Part shown: in pieces, positions 27,051 through 36,800 of the stretch
Layout: each line of letters starts with the position of its first letter
Numbering within the stretch: position 1 is the stretch's first letter
Notes under the pieces: generated by a model
What the model was told of the DNA's origin: nothing
Seen by the model: only the letters and a program-made list of their open reading frames with translations
The model's database searches: none
Assembly: GCA_963665275.2 (NCBI GenBank)
Contig: CAXXIN010000016.1
Span: 256,001-320,000, forward strand
Source: Negativicutes bacterium
GTDB lineage: Bacteria > Bacillota > Negativicutes > UBA1444
Reading direction: 5' to 3'
DNA length: 64,000 bases
Made by a program: the position numbers and the translations under genes

Positions 27051-28283
27051 ATGGCCACAGTCAAGCCTTTTCGGGCCTTGCGCCCAGCTGCGGCGAACGC
27101 AGCCGATTTCACATCCCTCCCTTATGACGTGATGGATGCCGCCGAAGCGCGGGAGATGGTCGCGCAAAAGCCGCAAAATTTTCTGCGGGTAACCCGGGCG
27201 GAAGTCGACCTGCCGCCGGAAACGGACCCCCACTCCCCGGAAGTGTACGGTCAAGCCAGGAAAAAACTGGCGGAATACAGGGCATCCGGAATAATGAAAC
27301 AGGATTCAGGCAACTGCTATTACGTATATCGTCAGCAGATGGGAAAATTCGTTCAGACCGGCATTGGCGCCGTCTGTCAGGTGGCGGAATACGAAGCGGG
27401 CATTGTCCGCAAACACGAGCTGACGCGCCCGGACAAGGAACAGGACCGTGTGGAGCACATTCTGGCAACCGGTGCGCAGACGGGGCCGGTGTTTCTCGTG
27501 TATCGCCGCAACGCGGCAATTGCGGCGCAAGTGGCGTCGGTCATGGCCAAGGAGCCAGCCTGCGATTTCACGACCGAAGACGGAATCCGCCATACACTGT
27601 GGGTGATGGAGGATCCAGAGTCTATCTTCGCTGTTGAGCAGGCCTTCGCCGGAATGGACAGGCTGTATATCGCCGATGGTCATCATCGTGCTGCTGCGGC
27701 GGCCCGGGTGAGCCGCCTGAGTGATGGAAAAGGCGCAGGCAGTTTCCTGACTGTGCTTTTCCCTGACGATGAGGTGCATATCCTCGACTACAACCGGGTG
27801 GTTTATGATTGGGGCAATCTGTCGCCGGAAAAATTTCTCACTGAAATTGCGCAGAAATTCATCGTCGAGCCGGCCCGCGCCAAAGGCACCGATACGGGTA
27901 AGCCCGATCGCCTCCACGGTTTTGGCATGTATCTGGACGGGAGCTGGTATCAGCTGACGACTAAGCCCGGCAGCTTCGATCATAACAACGCCTTGGCGCG
28001 GCTCGACGTGAACATCCTGCAGAACAATCTGCTGGCCCCGGTGCTCGGCATCCAGGATCCGCGGACCGACAACCGGATCGGTTTCGTCGGCGGCATCCGC
28101 GGGATGGGCGAACTGAAAAAACTTGTCGATTCCGGGCGGGCCGTGGTGGCATTCTCACTGTTCGCGACTTCCATCGAAGATCTGATGTCAGTGGCGGATG
28201 CGAACGAGATCATGCCGCCCAAGTCAACCTGGTTCGAACCCAAGCTGCGTGACGGGCTGCTCGTGCACCTGATTGACGGATGA
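27051..28283 (+). CDS. DUF1015 family protein
   Basis: KPFRALRP...LPYDV, HELT, YIADGHHR, MPPKSTWFEPK. Confidence 0.92.
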   Translation: MATVKPFRALRPAAANAADFTSLPYDVMDAAEAREMVAQKPQNFLRVTRAEVDLPPETDPHSPEVYGQARKKLAEYRASGIMKQDSGNCYYVYRQQMGKFVQTGIGAVCQVAEYEAGIVRKHELTRPDKEQDRVEHILATGAQTGPVFLVYRRNAAIAAQVASVMAKEPACDFTTEDGIRHTLWVMEDPESIFAVEQAFAGMDRLYIADGHHRAAAAARVSRLSDGKGAGSFLTVLFPDDEVHILDYNRVVYDWGNLSPEKFLTEIAQKFIVEPARAKGTDTGKPDRLHGFGMYLDGSWYQLTTKPGSFDHNNALARLDVNILQNNLLAPVLGIQDPRTDNRIGFVGGIRGMGELKKLVDSGRAVVAFSLFATSIEDLMSVADANEIMPPKSTWFEPKLRDGLLVHLIDG

Positions 28284-28294
28284 AATGATCCAGA

Positions 28295-28346
28295 AAGAGG
28301 CTCCGGTTTCCGCGCCGAAAATGGCAGGACCGGAGCTTCTTTTTTT
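28295..28346 (+). terminator. Terminator of the ser operon
   Basis: gaggctccgg...ccggagcttc followed by T-run. Confidence 0.75.
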
Positions 28347-28487
28347 GCGGGAACTATCATATATAGAATATAGCACAAGAAAAGATGACAAAATTATCAG
28401 TTTTATAAGCAGGAAATAAGAGTTGGAAATTGAATACAATATAATAAAACTAGAATGGAAAATGTTTGCAAAAAAAGGGGACGATTA

Positions 28488-29057
28488 ATGATGAAGAAAC
28501 AGACACGCTGGGCACTCGTATCGGTATTGGCAATTTTGGCGGGAATCATGATGGGCGGGATCGCCGGGGCTGTCGGGCTGTCGGAACCTATTTTTGAATC
28601 ACCGGTACTGATCACTTCGATCGGTCAGAGCGCTGACGGGCAATTGGTCAAGGTGCTCGCAGACCGCGTCGGCATCAGCTATCAATATGACTCGTTGGCG
28701 CCGGCATCTGCGGTCGGTGACTACAAGACCGCTATTTTGGTCGTGGGAGGCAGCTCCAAAGGGCTGGGAGCCGCCGGTATCAACCAGGACCAGGAAGAAT
28801 CCAGAGCTAAAGCCATTATCGATGCAGCCAGATCTGCCGGAACCAAGATTTTGTTCATGCATGTGGGCGGAGATGCCCGTCGCGGGGATCTCACCGACCG
28901 TTTCGTCACGATCACCGCACCGGCGGCCCAGTACCTGATCGTGGTCGCCGACGGGAATAAGGACAACTTCATGACCAATGCCGCCGGCGGTGCGCCGATG
29001 GATATGGCGGATACCTTGGGTGATGCGGGAAGGCTGCTGAAAGCCGCATTCAAATAA
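28488..29057 (+). CDS. DUF6305-like exported protein (putative solute-binding)
   Basis: Signal peptide; PVLITSIGQSADG, GGSSKGLGAAG, HVGG..RRG, DGNKD motifs. Confidence 0.75.
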   Translation: MMKKQTRWALVSVLAILAGIMMGGIAGAVGLSEPIFESPVLITSIGQSADGQLVKVLADRVGISYQYDSLAPASAVGDYKTAILVVGGSSKGLGAAGINQDQEESRAKAIIDAARSAGTKILFMHVGGDARRGDLTDRFVTITAPAAQYLIVVADGNKDNFMTNAAGGAPMDMADTLGDAGRLLKAAFK

Positions 29058-29078
29058 GCGAAAAGAGGAAACGGAAGC

Positions 29079-30353
29079 ATGTCACATGAATCCTGGCTGC
29101 TGGGGCTGATGCTGGTGGCGTTTCTTGGGATGGTTTCCGGCCTGAAATGGCCGGTAGGGCTGTCACTGGCTGCAACCAGCGTCGTCGTCGCTGCCGCCGA
29201 TGGTCACGGAATCCCCCTGCGCCACCTAGTGGAAGGGATGTTCGGCTATATCGATGTTTCTCTGGTCCTGATCACGGCCATGATCTTCATGAAGGTCATC
29301 GAAAAAAACGGCTTACTCGATGCCTTGACCTGTGATCTCATGTTGCGGTTCGGTCGTTCGCCGGCGATGATGTTGACGATGATGACGATTATCATCATGT
29401 TCCCCGGAATGATCACCGGTTCCTGCACTTCTTCGGTACTCTCGACCGGTGTGTTGTTAGTGCCGGTGCTGCTGAAGATGAACATGCCGCGGGAAACAGC
29501 CGGAGCGATCGTGGCCATGGCCGCAGTCTACGGCATGATCGCGCCGCCGGTCAATATCGTGGTCATGATCATCGGCGGCGGTATTGATATGCCTTATATC
29601 GGTTTTGACTTGCCGCTTCTCTATATGACCCTGCCGCTGGCGATTTTGACAACGCTTTATCTGGGTTACGGCTATGCCCGCCGCGCTGATATGGCTTCCG
29701 TGGTCGAGGAGTTCGCCTGCCGGGAACGTGCGCCCGGCGGTTTTCTATTGTATCTGCCGCTGCTGACAGTCGTGGTTCTGATGATCGGCCCCAAGGCGCT
29801 GCCGGGCTGGTTCCCTGACCCGCGTCTACCGCTGACATTCGTGATCGGCGCTGGTCTGGCTCTCTTGTCCGGGCGAAAATTCAGCCTGCTCGAAGCCGCG
29901 CAGAATGGGGTGACGGAGATTCTATCGGTGGTCGGCATCCTCATGGGTGTTGGCATGCTGATCCAGATCATGACGCTGACCGGGATTCGCGGCGATATCG
30001 CCGTGACCAGCCTGAGTCTGCCGCCGTATCTGCTATTGGCTGGAATCGCAATCATGCTGCCTCTGTTCGGCGGGATCTCGGTATTCGGGGCCGCCAGCGT
30101 TCTGGGCGTGCCGTTTATCCTGACAATGCTGAGTCAGAACCTCATCATCACAGCTGCAGGAATGTCGTTGATCGCCGCTATGGGCAGTTTCATGCCGCCG
30201 GTGGCGCTGACCGCCGTTATCGCAGCGCAAGTCGTTGACGAGCCGGATTATCTGAAAATCGTGAAGCCCCTGATCCTTCCGTCCCTGGTCGCTATCGGTG
30301 TCGGGGTGCTCATGATCAAATACGCCACACAGATAGCGAGGATTGTACTATGA
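29079..30353 (+). CDS. TRAP DctM-like / ion-transporter superfamily permease
   Basis: About 12 TM segments; RHLVEGMFGY, PGMITGS, GMIAPP, MPPVAL. Confidence 0.8.
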   Translation: MSHESWLLGLMLVAFLGMVSGLKWPVGLSLAATSVVVAAADGHGIPLRHLVEGMFGYIDVSLVLITAMIFMKVIEKNGLLDALTCDLMLRFGRSPAMMLTMMTIIIMFPGMITGSCTSSVLSTGVLLVPVLLKMNMPRETAGAIVAMAAVYGMIAPPVNIVVMIIGGGIDMPYIGFDLPLLYMTLPLAILTTLYLGYGYARRADMASVVEEFACRERAPGGFLLYLPLLTVVVLMIGPKALPGWFPDPRLPLTFVIGAGLALLSGRKFSLLEAAQNGVTEILSVVGILMGVGMLIQIMTLTGIRGDIAVTSLSLPPYLLLAGIAIMLPLFGGISVFGAASVLGVPFILTMLSQNLIITAAGMSLIAAMGSFMPPVALTAVIAAQVVDEPDYLKIVKPLILPSLVAIGVGVLMIKYATQIARIVL

Positions 30354-30366
30354 GAGGTGCGTCGTC

Positions 30367-30513
30367 ATGATGACCATCGTGTATCGGTTGATTTTGGTGG
30401 CGGCGGTCGTATTGATCGTCCGCGGCCTCTTCCAGGAAAAAGAGCTTAAAATGCAAATCAATGCCGCCTGGGTTCTGATACCGTTTATTTTACGCGCATT
30501 GATGCTGGCGTGA
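30367..30513 (+). CDS. 48-aa two-TM small protein (below the ORF-track cutoff)
   Basis: RBS GAGGTG; MMTIVYRLILVAAVVLIVRGLFQEKELKMQINAAWVLIPFILRALMLA; fills the intra-operon gap. Confidence 0.8.
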   Translation: MMTIVYRLILVAAVVLIVRGLFQEKELKMQINAAWVLIPFILRALMLA

Positions 30514-30532
30514 GGGAGGGGCAGGTAGGACT

Positions 30533-31648
30533 ATGAAAGCAAGTAAGCTCACGGCAGCAGTTCTTTTGGCGCTCACGATCGGCATCGTCGCACTGGTGAC
30601 GCCGGATTTTCGGCGGATGCATGAGGAAGAGCCGATCCGCAAAGGCGCCGGCGTAACTACAGTAAAACAGCTGAGTGATTATTTTGAAGGGTTGAAGGGG
30701 ACCGCCGGCGATACGCAGGTTTTTGTACTCGATAGCGGCATTCCCGGCGGGACAGCGCTGTTGCTCGGTGGCACGCACCCCAATGAACCGTCGGGATTTT
30801 TGAGCGCAGTGCTGCTGATTGAAAATGCCAAGCCGACCAAGGGTCGCATGATCATCATCCCCCGCGCGAACAATAGTGGATTTTCCCACACTGATTACAC
30901 CGAGGGGGCTCCTCAGCGATTTCATCTGAAAGCCGCTTCCGGTGAGCGCTGGTTCCGGTTCGGATCCCGGGCCACCAATCCCACCGACCAATGGCCGGAC
31001 CCTGATATATATGTCCATGCAGCCTCGGGCCAGAAGCTCTCCGGCTCCGAGACGCGCAACCTGAACCGGGCTTATCCGGGAAGAGCAGATGGCACGTTGA
31101 CCGAGAAAGTGGCTTTCGGCATTGTTCAGTTGATTCGCCAGGAGAAGGTCGCCATGGCGATCGACCTGCACGAAGCCTCGCCGGAATATCCGGTTATCAA
31201 TGCGATCGTAGCCCATGACCGGGCCATGGATATCGCGGCGGAAGTGACGATCGGCCTGCAGATGGACGGCCTCAAGATCGGCCTGGAACCTTCGCCGAAA
31301 AGCCTGCGCGGACTGTCGCACCGCGAATGGGGCGATGCCACCGACACGTTGGCCATCCTGATGGAAACGGCCAACCCGGCGCAAGGGCGACTGCGTGGCG
31401 CTACGAACGAGCAGCTGGTGCTGACAGGCAAAGATCCGATGTATGAGCGGGCGGCAAAGCTGAACCGGCTGTTTGTTCCTTACGATGCGAAGGGGCAGCC
31501 GATTGAGTTGCGGGTGGCCCGACATGTTACAGCTGTGAACGAATTTCTGATGGTGCTGTCCAAGAAGAAACCACAGCAGGCCGTCGTTCTGGCCAAAGTT
31601 CCTTCCTATAGCGACATGGTGAAAAAAGGCATCGGACCCTACTTCTAG
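30533..31648 (+). CDS. Exported M14-like zinc deacylase (succinylglutamate desuccinylase/aspartoacylase family)
   Basis: GGTHPNE, NLNRAYPG, IDLHEA; N-terminal hydrophobic anchor. Confidence 0.85.
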   Translation: MKASKLTAAVLLALTIGIVALVTPDFRRMHEEEPIRKGAGVTTVKQLSDYFEGLKGTAGDTQVFVLDSGIPGGTALLLGGTHPNEPSGFLSAVLLIENAKPTKGRMIIIPRANNSGFSHTDYTEGAPQRFHLKAASGERWFRFGSRATNPTDQWPDPDIYVHAASGQKLSGSETRNLNRAYPGRADGTLTEKVAFGIVQLIRQEKVAMAIDLHEASPEYPVINAIVAHDRAMDIAAEVTIGLQMDGLKIGLEPSPKSLRGLSHREWGDATDTLAILMETANPAQGRLRGATNEQLVLTGKDPMYERAAKLNRLFVPYDAKGQPIELRVARHVTAVNEFLMVLSKKKPQQAVVLAKVPSYSDMVKKGIGPYF

Positions 31649-31697
31649 CGGCTACCTATGAAACGTTGCAACAAAAAATTAATAGGGGAGGCAAAAA

Positions 31698-33437
31698 GTG
31701 ATGCGTAAACTGAGATCCTGGCTTTCTTTGTCCCTGGTAGTGCTGTTCATGTTGTCGGTCGTCGCGACAGCGGTGGCCGGACCCTACGATCCACCCGAAA
31801 AAAGGGATGTGATCGCCAAGAATGGGGTGGTGGCGGCCGCGCATCCCCTGGCTGCCCAAGCGGGGCTGGAGGTGTTGAAGAAAGGCGGCAACGCCTTCGA
31901 CGCAGCCATTGCGACTTCGTTCATGCTGAACGTGGTTGAACCCAATGCTTCCGGCATGGGCGGCGGCGGATTCGCCGTCATCTATACAGCTAAGGACAAG
32001 AAAACCTATTTCGTTGATTACCGAGAAATGGCGCCGGCCAAAGCCCGGCCCGATTTTTATCCCGTCGATGAAAATAACAAGGTAAAGGACATGGCGACGA
32101 CCGTCGGCTACTATGCGAGCGGCGTTCCCGGTCAGTTGCGCGGCGTGGAGATGCTGCACGGCAAATTTGCCACGATGCCCTGGGCGGACCTGGTCGCTCC
32201 AGCCATCAAGCAGTCGGAAGCCGGACTGCCGGTGACCAAAAACCTGAATGGCATTATCATGGACAACGTGGATCGTTTCGAGAAATTTTCCCCTTCATTG
32301 GCGACTTTCAAAGAAATCTTCTATAAAGACGGATTGCCGGTGCAGGAAGGCGACGTCGTCAAGAACGTCCTGCTGACCTCTATGCTGAAAAAAGTGGCGC
32401 AGGGCGGAGCCGATGTTTTCTATAAAGGTGAAATCGCTGACAAAATCGACGCCTTCTACGCGAAAAACGCCGACGGCTGGATCACCAAAGCCGATCTCGC
32501 CAATTATAAAGCCAAGCTGCGTGAACCGGTCAAAGGAACCTACCGGGGTTATACGCTGATCACCTCGCCGCCTCCGTCTTCCGGCGGACTGACGGTCGTG
32601 AACATGCTCAACATTATGGAAGGGTTCGACGTGGCGAAGATGGGCCGCAGTTCGACCGATTTTCTCCATACGTTCATCGAATCGCAAAAACTGGCTTTTT
32701 CGGACCGGAATAAATTCATGGCGGATTCGGACTTCGTGAACGTTCCGATGTTCGGTATGGTGGACAAAGCCTATGCCGCTGAACGCCGGAAAATGATCGA
32801 CATGGAAAAAGCCAATAATGCAGTGAAGTTCGGTGATCCGGCGAAGTATTCCGCCGGCAGCACCACCTCGTTCTCCGTCATTGACAAGGACGGCAACATG
32901 ATCACCATGACTCAGACCATCAATGATTTCTTCGGCTCCGGCGTCATCGTGGACGGAACGGGAATCCTGATGAACGATGAGATGGATGATTTCGTTGCCA
33001 ACAATCCGACGCACAACAATGCACCTGCTCCCGGCAAGCGTCCGCTCAGCAGCATAACTCCGATGATCGTGCTCAAAGATGGAAAACCCTTCATGACGCT
33101 TGGGACGCCTGGCGGGCCCCGCATCATCACAACGGTGGCAGGTATTGTGATGAATGTCATTGACTTCAAGATGGACCTGCAAAGCGCCATCCTGGACCCA
33201 CGATCCCATAATCCAAACGCGCCTGTCGTGCAATTGGAAAAACCGGTGGTCGAATATAAGTTTGCCGACCACATGGATTCCTTCGTGCGGGAACTTGAGG
33301 CGCGAGGGCATAAAGTGAACCTGCGGCCCGAACGTTCCGCCTTCTTCGGCGGCGCCCAGGGTATCATGATTCTGCCGGATGGCAGCCTCCACGGCGCAGC
33401 CGATAATCGGCGCCTCGGCCAGGCCTTCGGGTACTGA
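31698..33437 (+). CDS. ggt: Exported gamma-glutamyltransferase (GGT/CapD family)
   Basis: Signal peptide; GGNAFDAA, DYREMAP, GSTTSFSVID (catalytic Thr), KRPLSS, GTPGG. Confidence 0.93.
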   Translation: MMRKLRSWLSLSLVVLFMLSVVATAVAGPYDPPEKRDVIAKNGVVAAAHPLAAQAGLEVLKKGGNAFDAAIATSFMLNVVEPNASGMGGGGFAVIYTAKDKKTYFVDYREMAPAKARPDFYPVDENNKVKDMATTVGYYASGVPGQLRGVEMLHGKFATMPWADLVAPAIKQSEAGLPVTKNLNGIIMDNVDRFEKFSPSLATFKEIFYKDGLPVQEGDVVKNVLLTSMLKKVAQGGADVFYKGEIADKIDAFYAKNADGWITKADLANYKAKLREPVKGTYRGYTLITSPPPSSGGLTVVNMLNIMEGFDVAKMGRSSTDFLHTFIESQKLAFSDRNKFMADSDFVNVPMFGMVDKAYAAERRKMIDMEKANNAVKFGDPAKYSAGSTTSFSVIDKDGNMITMTQTINDFFGSGVIVDGTGILMNDEMDDFVANNPTHNNAPAPGKRPLSSITPMIVLKDGKPFMTLGTPGGPRIITTVAGIVMNVIDFKMDLQSAILDPRSHNPNAPVVQLEKPVVEYKFADHMDSFVRELEARGHKVNLRPERSAFFGGAQGIMILPDGSLHGAADNRRLGQAFGY

Positions 33438-33442
33438 ACCGG

Positions 33443-33574
33443 ATGCTGCCAATACTCGGACTTTTGGCTGCCTGTGTGCTGATGGCGGTCGGAAACGTCC
33501 TGGAAAACGATACGATTTTCTTGTTATCCAGTATCATGCTCCTTGTATTTGGGGTGATGTATTTCAAACGATAA
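33443..33574 (+). CDS. 43-aa two-TM small protein (below the ORF-track cutoff)
   Basis: MLPILGLLAACVLMAVGNVLENDTIFLLSSIMLLVFGVMYFKR; starts 5 nt after the ggt stop and ends just before the operon hairpin; weak RBS. Confidence 0.55.
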   Translation: MLPILGLLAACVLMAVGNVLENDTIFLLSSIMLLVFGVMYFKR

Positions 33575-33590
33575 TTGGAATGTGACTCAT

Positions 33591-33631
33591 TCAGAAGAAG
33601 GACAGGGGCCCTCGCCCTGTCCTTCTTCTGA
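33591..33631. terminator. 17-bp perfect stem-loop closing the DUF6305-ggt operon
   Basis: tcagaagaaggacaggg-7 nt-ccctgtccttcttctga; no clear U-tract. Confidence 0.65.
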
Positions 33632-33759
33632 CAGTACTATTATTTGGATATGGGTCTTCAAAAGATAAAAGCGGGAAAATGGTGTTGTTTGCAGGAAAAC
33701 TCCATTCAGCCGCAAAATATATATATGTTAGACAATATCAATTTGGAGGCGGTAATCAC

Positions 33760-34614
33760 ATGGCAATCAAAAAAGTACTCGTAATCGGGGCCGGTCAGAT
33801 GGGCAGCGGTATCGCCCAGGTCATGGCGCAAGGCGGCAGGGATGTCGTCATCAGGGATATCAAGGACGAATTCGTCCAGAGAGGTATCGCCGGAATCAAT
33901 AAAAACCTGACCAAGTCCGTCGAAAAAGGCAAGCTCTCCGCTGAAGAAAAAGAAGCGATCATGAAGCGGATCTGCGGCGTCGTGGACCTTGATGCAGCGG
34001 CCTGCAACGTGGACCTAGTGGTCGAAGCCGCCGTGGAAAACCTGGTGCTGAAAAAAGAAATCTTCCAGACCCTGGACAGCTTGTGTCCGGCGCATACGAT
34101 CCTGGCCTCGAACACGTCTTCCCTACCGATTACGGTGCTGGGCTCGCTGACGAAACGTCCGGCTCAGGTCATCGGCATGCATTTCTTCAATCCGGCCCCG
34201 GTGATGAAGCTGGTGGAAGTGATCAGCGGCCTGGCTACATCGACGGAAACCTTTGAAGCCGTCAAAGAGCTGGCCGTAGGGCTGGGCAAATCCCCCGTCA
34301 ACGTATCGGATGCGCCGGGATTCATCGGCAACCGGATCATGATCCCGATGATCAACGAAGCGATCTTCACGCTGGCCGAAGGAGTAGGCAGCGCGGCGGA
34401 CATCGACACGGTGGCCAAGCTGGGCTTCAACCATCCGATGGGACCGCTGGAACTGTCGGATTTGATCGGCAACGACACGATCCTCTACATCATGGAAGTG
34501 CTGTATGACGGATATGGCGATACCAAATACCGTCCCTGTCCGCTGCTGAAAAAGATGGTGCAGGCCGGATATCTGGGACGCAAGAGCGGCAAGGGCTTCT
34601 ACGACTACAAATAA
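33760..34614 (+). CDS. hbd: 3-hydroxybutyryl-CoA dehydrogenase
   Basis: [41 protein letters not shown]. Confidence 0.94.
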   Translation: MAIKKVLVIGAGQMGSGIAQVMAQGGRDVVIRDIKDEFVQRGIAGINKNLTKSVEKGKLSAEEKEAIMKRICGVVDLDAAACNVDLVVEAAVENLVLKKEIFQTLDSLCPAHTILASNTSSLPITVLGSLTKRPAQVIGMHFFNPAPVMKLVEVISGLATSTETFEAVKELAVGLGKSPVNVSDAPGFIGNRIMIPMINEAIFTLAEGVGSAADIDTVAKLGFNHPMGPLELSDLIGNDTILYIMEVLYDGYGDTKYRPCPLLKKMVQAGYLGRKSGKGFYDYK

Positions 34615-34652
34615 GCGGATAACGCAATAAACGGGAAAGGGTGTATGTGAAA

Positions 34653-35435
34653 ATGAAAACTTTCAAAAATCTACTGTTCGAAAACCAGGAAGGTATTGGC
34701 GTCCTGACAATGAATCGACCGTCGGCTCTGAACTCTCTGAACCAGGAAACGATCAACGAGCTCGCCGAAGCATTCGGCGAAATCGGCAAGGACGCGGCTG
34801 TCAAAGTCCTGATCATCACCGGTGCGGAGAAAGCCTTTATTGCCGGCGCGGATATTAAAGAAATGCTGCCGATGTCGGCCGCTCAGGCGCAGGCTTGGTG
34901 CCTGACTGCCCAGAGCGTCTTCAATATGCTGGAAAACCTGCCTCAGCCTGTGATTGCAGCGGTCAATGGGTTCGCTCTCGGCGGTGGTTGTGAGATGGCG
35001 ATGGCCTGTGACATCCGGATCGCTTCCGAAAAAGCCAAATTCGGACAACCGGAAGTATCCTTGGGCATTATCCCGGGTTTTGCCGGCACGCAGCGTTTGC
35101 CGCGCCTGGTTGGCAAAGGGATCGCGAAGGAATTGATTTACACGGGCGATATGATCGACGCGCAGGAAGCGCTGCGGATCGGCCTCGTGAACAAGGTGAC
35201 GACACCGGATGAACTGTTGCCGAGCGCCAAAGCTATGGCGCAGAAGATCATGACGCGTGGAATGTTCGCGGTGCAGATGGCGAAATCCGCCATTCATAAC
35301 GGACTGAACACTGATCTTGCGACAGGCTCTGCTTATGAAGCGGCCCTCTTTGGGGTAACCTGCGCGACCGAAGACAAAAAAGAAGGAATGACTGCGTTCG
35401 TAGAAAAACGGAAACCAGTATTCCCCGGGAAATAA
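34653..35435 (+). CDS. crt: Short-chain enoyl-CoA hydratase (crotonase)
   Basis: AGADIKE, NGFALGGGCE, GQPEV.LG, GTQRLPRLVG. Confidence 0.92.
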   Translation: MKTFKNLLFENQEGIGVLTMNRPSALNSLNQETINELAEAFGEIGKDAAVKVLIITGAEKAFIAGADIKEMLPMSAAQAQAWCLTAQSVFNMLENLPQPVIAAVNGFALGGGCEMAMACDIRIASEKAKFGQPEVSLGIIPGFAGTQRLPRLVGKGIAKELIYTGDMIDAQEALRIGLVNKVTTPDELLPSAKAMAQKIMTRGMFAVQMAKSAIHNGLNTDLATGSAYEAALFGVTCATEDKKEGMTAFVEKRKPVFPGK

Positions 35436-35451
35436 AAACCAAAAGGATTGG

Positions 35452-35488
35452 ATGCCTCTGTATGCCTGATCATACAGGGGCATTTTTT
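35452..35488 (+). terminator. Terminator after crt
   Basis: atgcctctgtatg...catacaggggcat plus T-run. Confidence 0.75.
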
Positions 35489-35508
35489 ACCAAGGGAGGG
35501 AGAAGTCA

Positions 35509-36063
35509 GTGACAAGATTTGCGCCGCTCAAGAAAAAAGGCAGTGTTCTGGTCGTGGTCGATGTTCAGGAGAAATTGCTGCCAGCTATTCATGAATTTGC
35601 GTCTGTGCTTGAACGATCGGTGAAGATGGTCAAGGTGGCTCAAATGTTGGAAGTGCCGATTCTGTTCACCCAACAGTATACAAAAGGTCTGGGAGGCACC
35701 CATTCGGCTTTGACCAGCTTGTTTCCAGAGTTTACCTTCGTTGAAAAAACCTCATTCAACTGTTTTGGCGAGCCGAGATTCGCGGAACGGTTGGCTGAAT
35801 TGAACGCAAAAACCTTGGTCATTGTCGGGACCGAGGCCCATATTTGCGTTTGCCAGACTGCTTTGGATGCGCTGCAACGGGGTTTCGACGTTCACGTTGT
35901 GGCGGATGCAGTGGGATCCCGTACGACGCAGAACAAAGAAATCGGCCTGGGGAGAATCCGTCAGGCTGGCGGAATCATCACAGGAACGGAGCTCACCATT
36001 TATGAATGGATCGAACGAGCCGACTCCGAGGCTTTCCGCAAGATGCTTCCTCTATTGAAGTAA
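35509..36063 (+). CDS. Isochorismatase-family hydrolase (YcaC-like)
   Basis: VVDVQEKL, EKTSF, GTEAHICV.QT, DAVGSR. Confidence 0.88.
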   Translation: MTRFAPLKKKGSVLVVVDVQEKLLPAIHEFASVLERSVKMVKVAQMLEVPILFTQQYTKGLGGTHSALTSLFPEFTFVEKTSFNCFGEPRFAERLAELNAKTLVIVGTEAHICVCQTALDALQRGFDVHVVADAVGSRTTQNKEIGLGRIRQAGGIITGTELTIYEWIERADSEAFRKMLPLLK

Positions 36064-36107
36064 GGATTCCCTATCCGGTTAATCAATTTGATGAGGAGGT
36101 CAGGAAG

Positions 36108-36674
36108 ATGGAACTCCTACAAGCAATCAAAGAACGCCGGACCATTCGGAAATTCAAGTCCGACCCAGTTCCCAAGGAACTACTCGAAAAACTCATCAAA
36201 AATTCCATGTGGGCGCCTTCGGCCATGAACATGCAACCCTGGAAGTTTTACGTTTTTACTGAGGATGCCAGACAGGGGCTGATTTCGGTTGCGGAAGGAT
36301 GTCTCGATCAGCTCGATTCCAGGATGGATAAGATGTTCGACGGGCCGATGAAGAACATGATCCGCGGCTACTTCAAAGATTTCGGCGGCGCTCCGGCCAT
36401 TGTGGTTGTGGTATCTTCCCTGCCGGCAGAAGCAGTGTACCAAAAGGCCAGTCTGTATGCGGCCTGCGCAGCGATGCAGAATTTATTGCTGCTGGCGCAC
36501 GAAGCTGGACTTGGAACCTGCTGGATGATGGGCCCTCTATGGGTAGAGGCCGATATCATCAACTACCTGAACTGCCCGGGGTGGGGGCTTGTCGGTATCA
36601 CGCCGATCGGCTGGCCGGAACAGACGCCTCCTGCTCCTCCGCGCAAAGAAGAAAACATCGAATGGCGTGATTAA
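36108..36674 (+). CDS. Nitroreductase family protein
   Basis: RRTIRKF, APSAMNMQPW, MQNLLLLAHEAGLGTCW. Confidence 0.92.
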   Translation: MELLQAIKERRTIRKFKSDPVPKELLEKLIKNSMWAPSAMNMQPWKFYVFTEDARQGLISVAEGCLDQLDSRMDKMFDGPMKNMIRGYFKDFGGAPAIVVVVSSLPAEAVYQKASLYAACAAMQNLLLLAHEAGLGTCWMMGPLWVEADIINYLNCPGWGLVGITPIGWPEQTPPAPPRKEENIEWRD

Positions 36675-36680
36675 GAGATG

Positions 36681-36727
36681 AAAAAACGGGCCTGCAATGT
36701 GCTGATGCACGTTGCAGGCCCATTTTT
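36681..36727 (+). terminator. Terminator after nitroreductase
   Basis: gggcctgcaa...ttgcaggccc plus T-run. Confidence 0.75.
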
Positions 36728-36800
36728 ATCTTTTCAATAGCAGGGGCAGGGGAAAAAAGGCGTAGGCGCGAAATAAATAGTGCAGTAGCGGAGGTGCATT

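Noticed and set aside
32295-33452. 385-aa antisense ORF (also 24690-25676, 25480-26385, 30485-31525, 8384-9325, 34671-35483)
   Set aside because: Shadow ORFs opposite well-supported GC-rich genes; no motifs or RBS.
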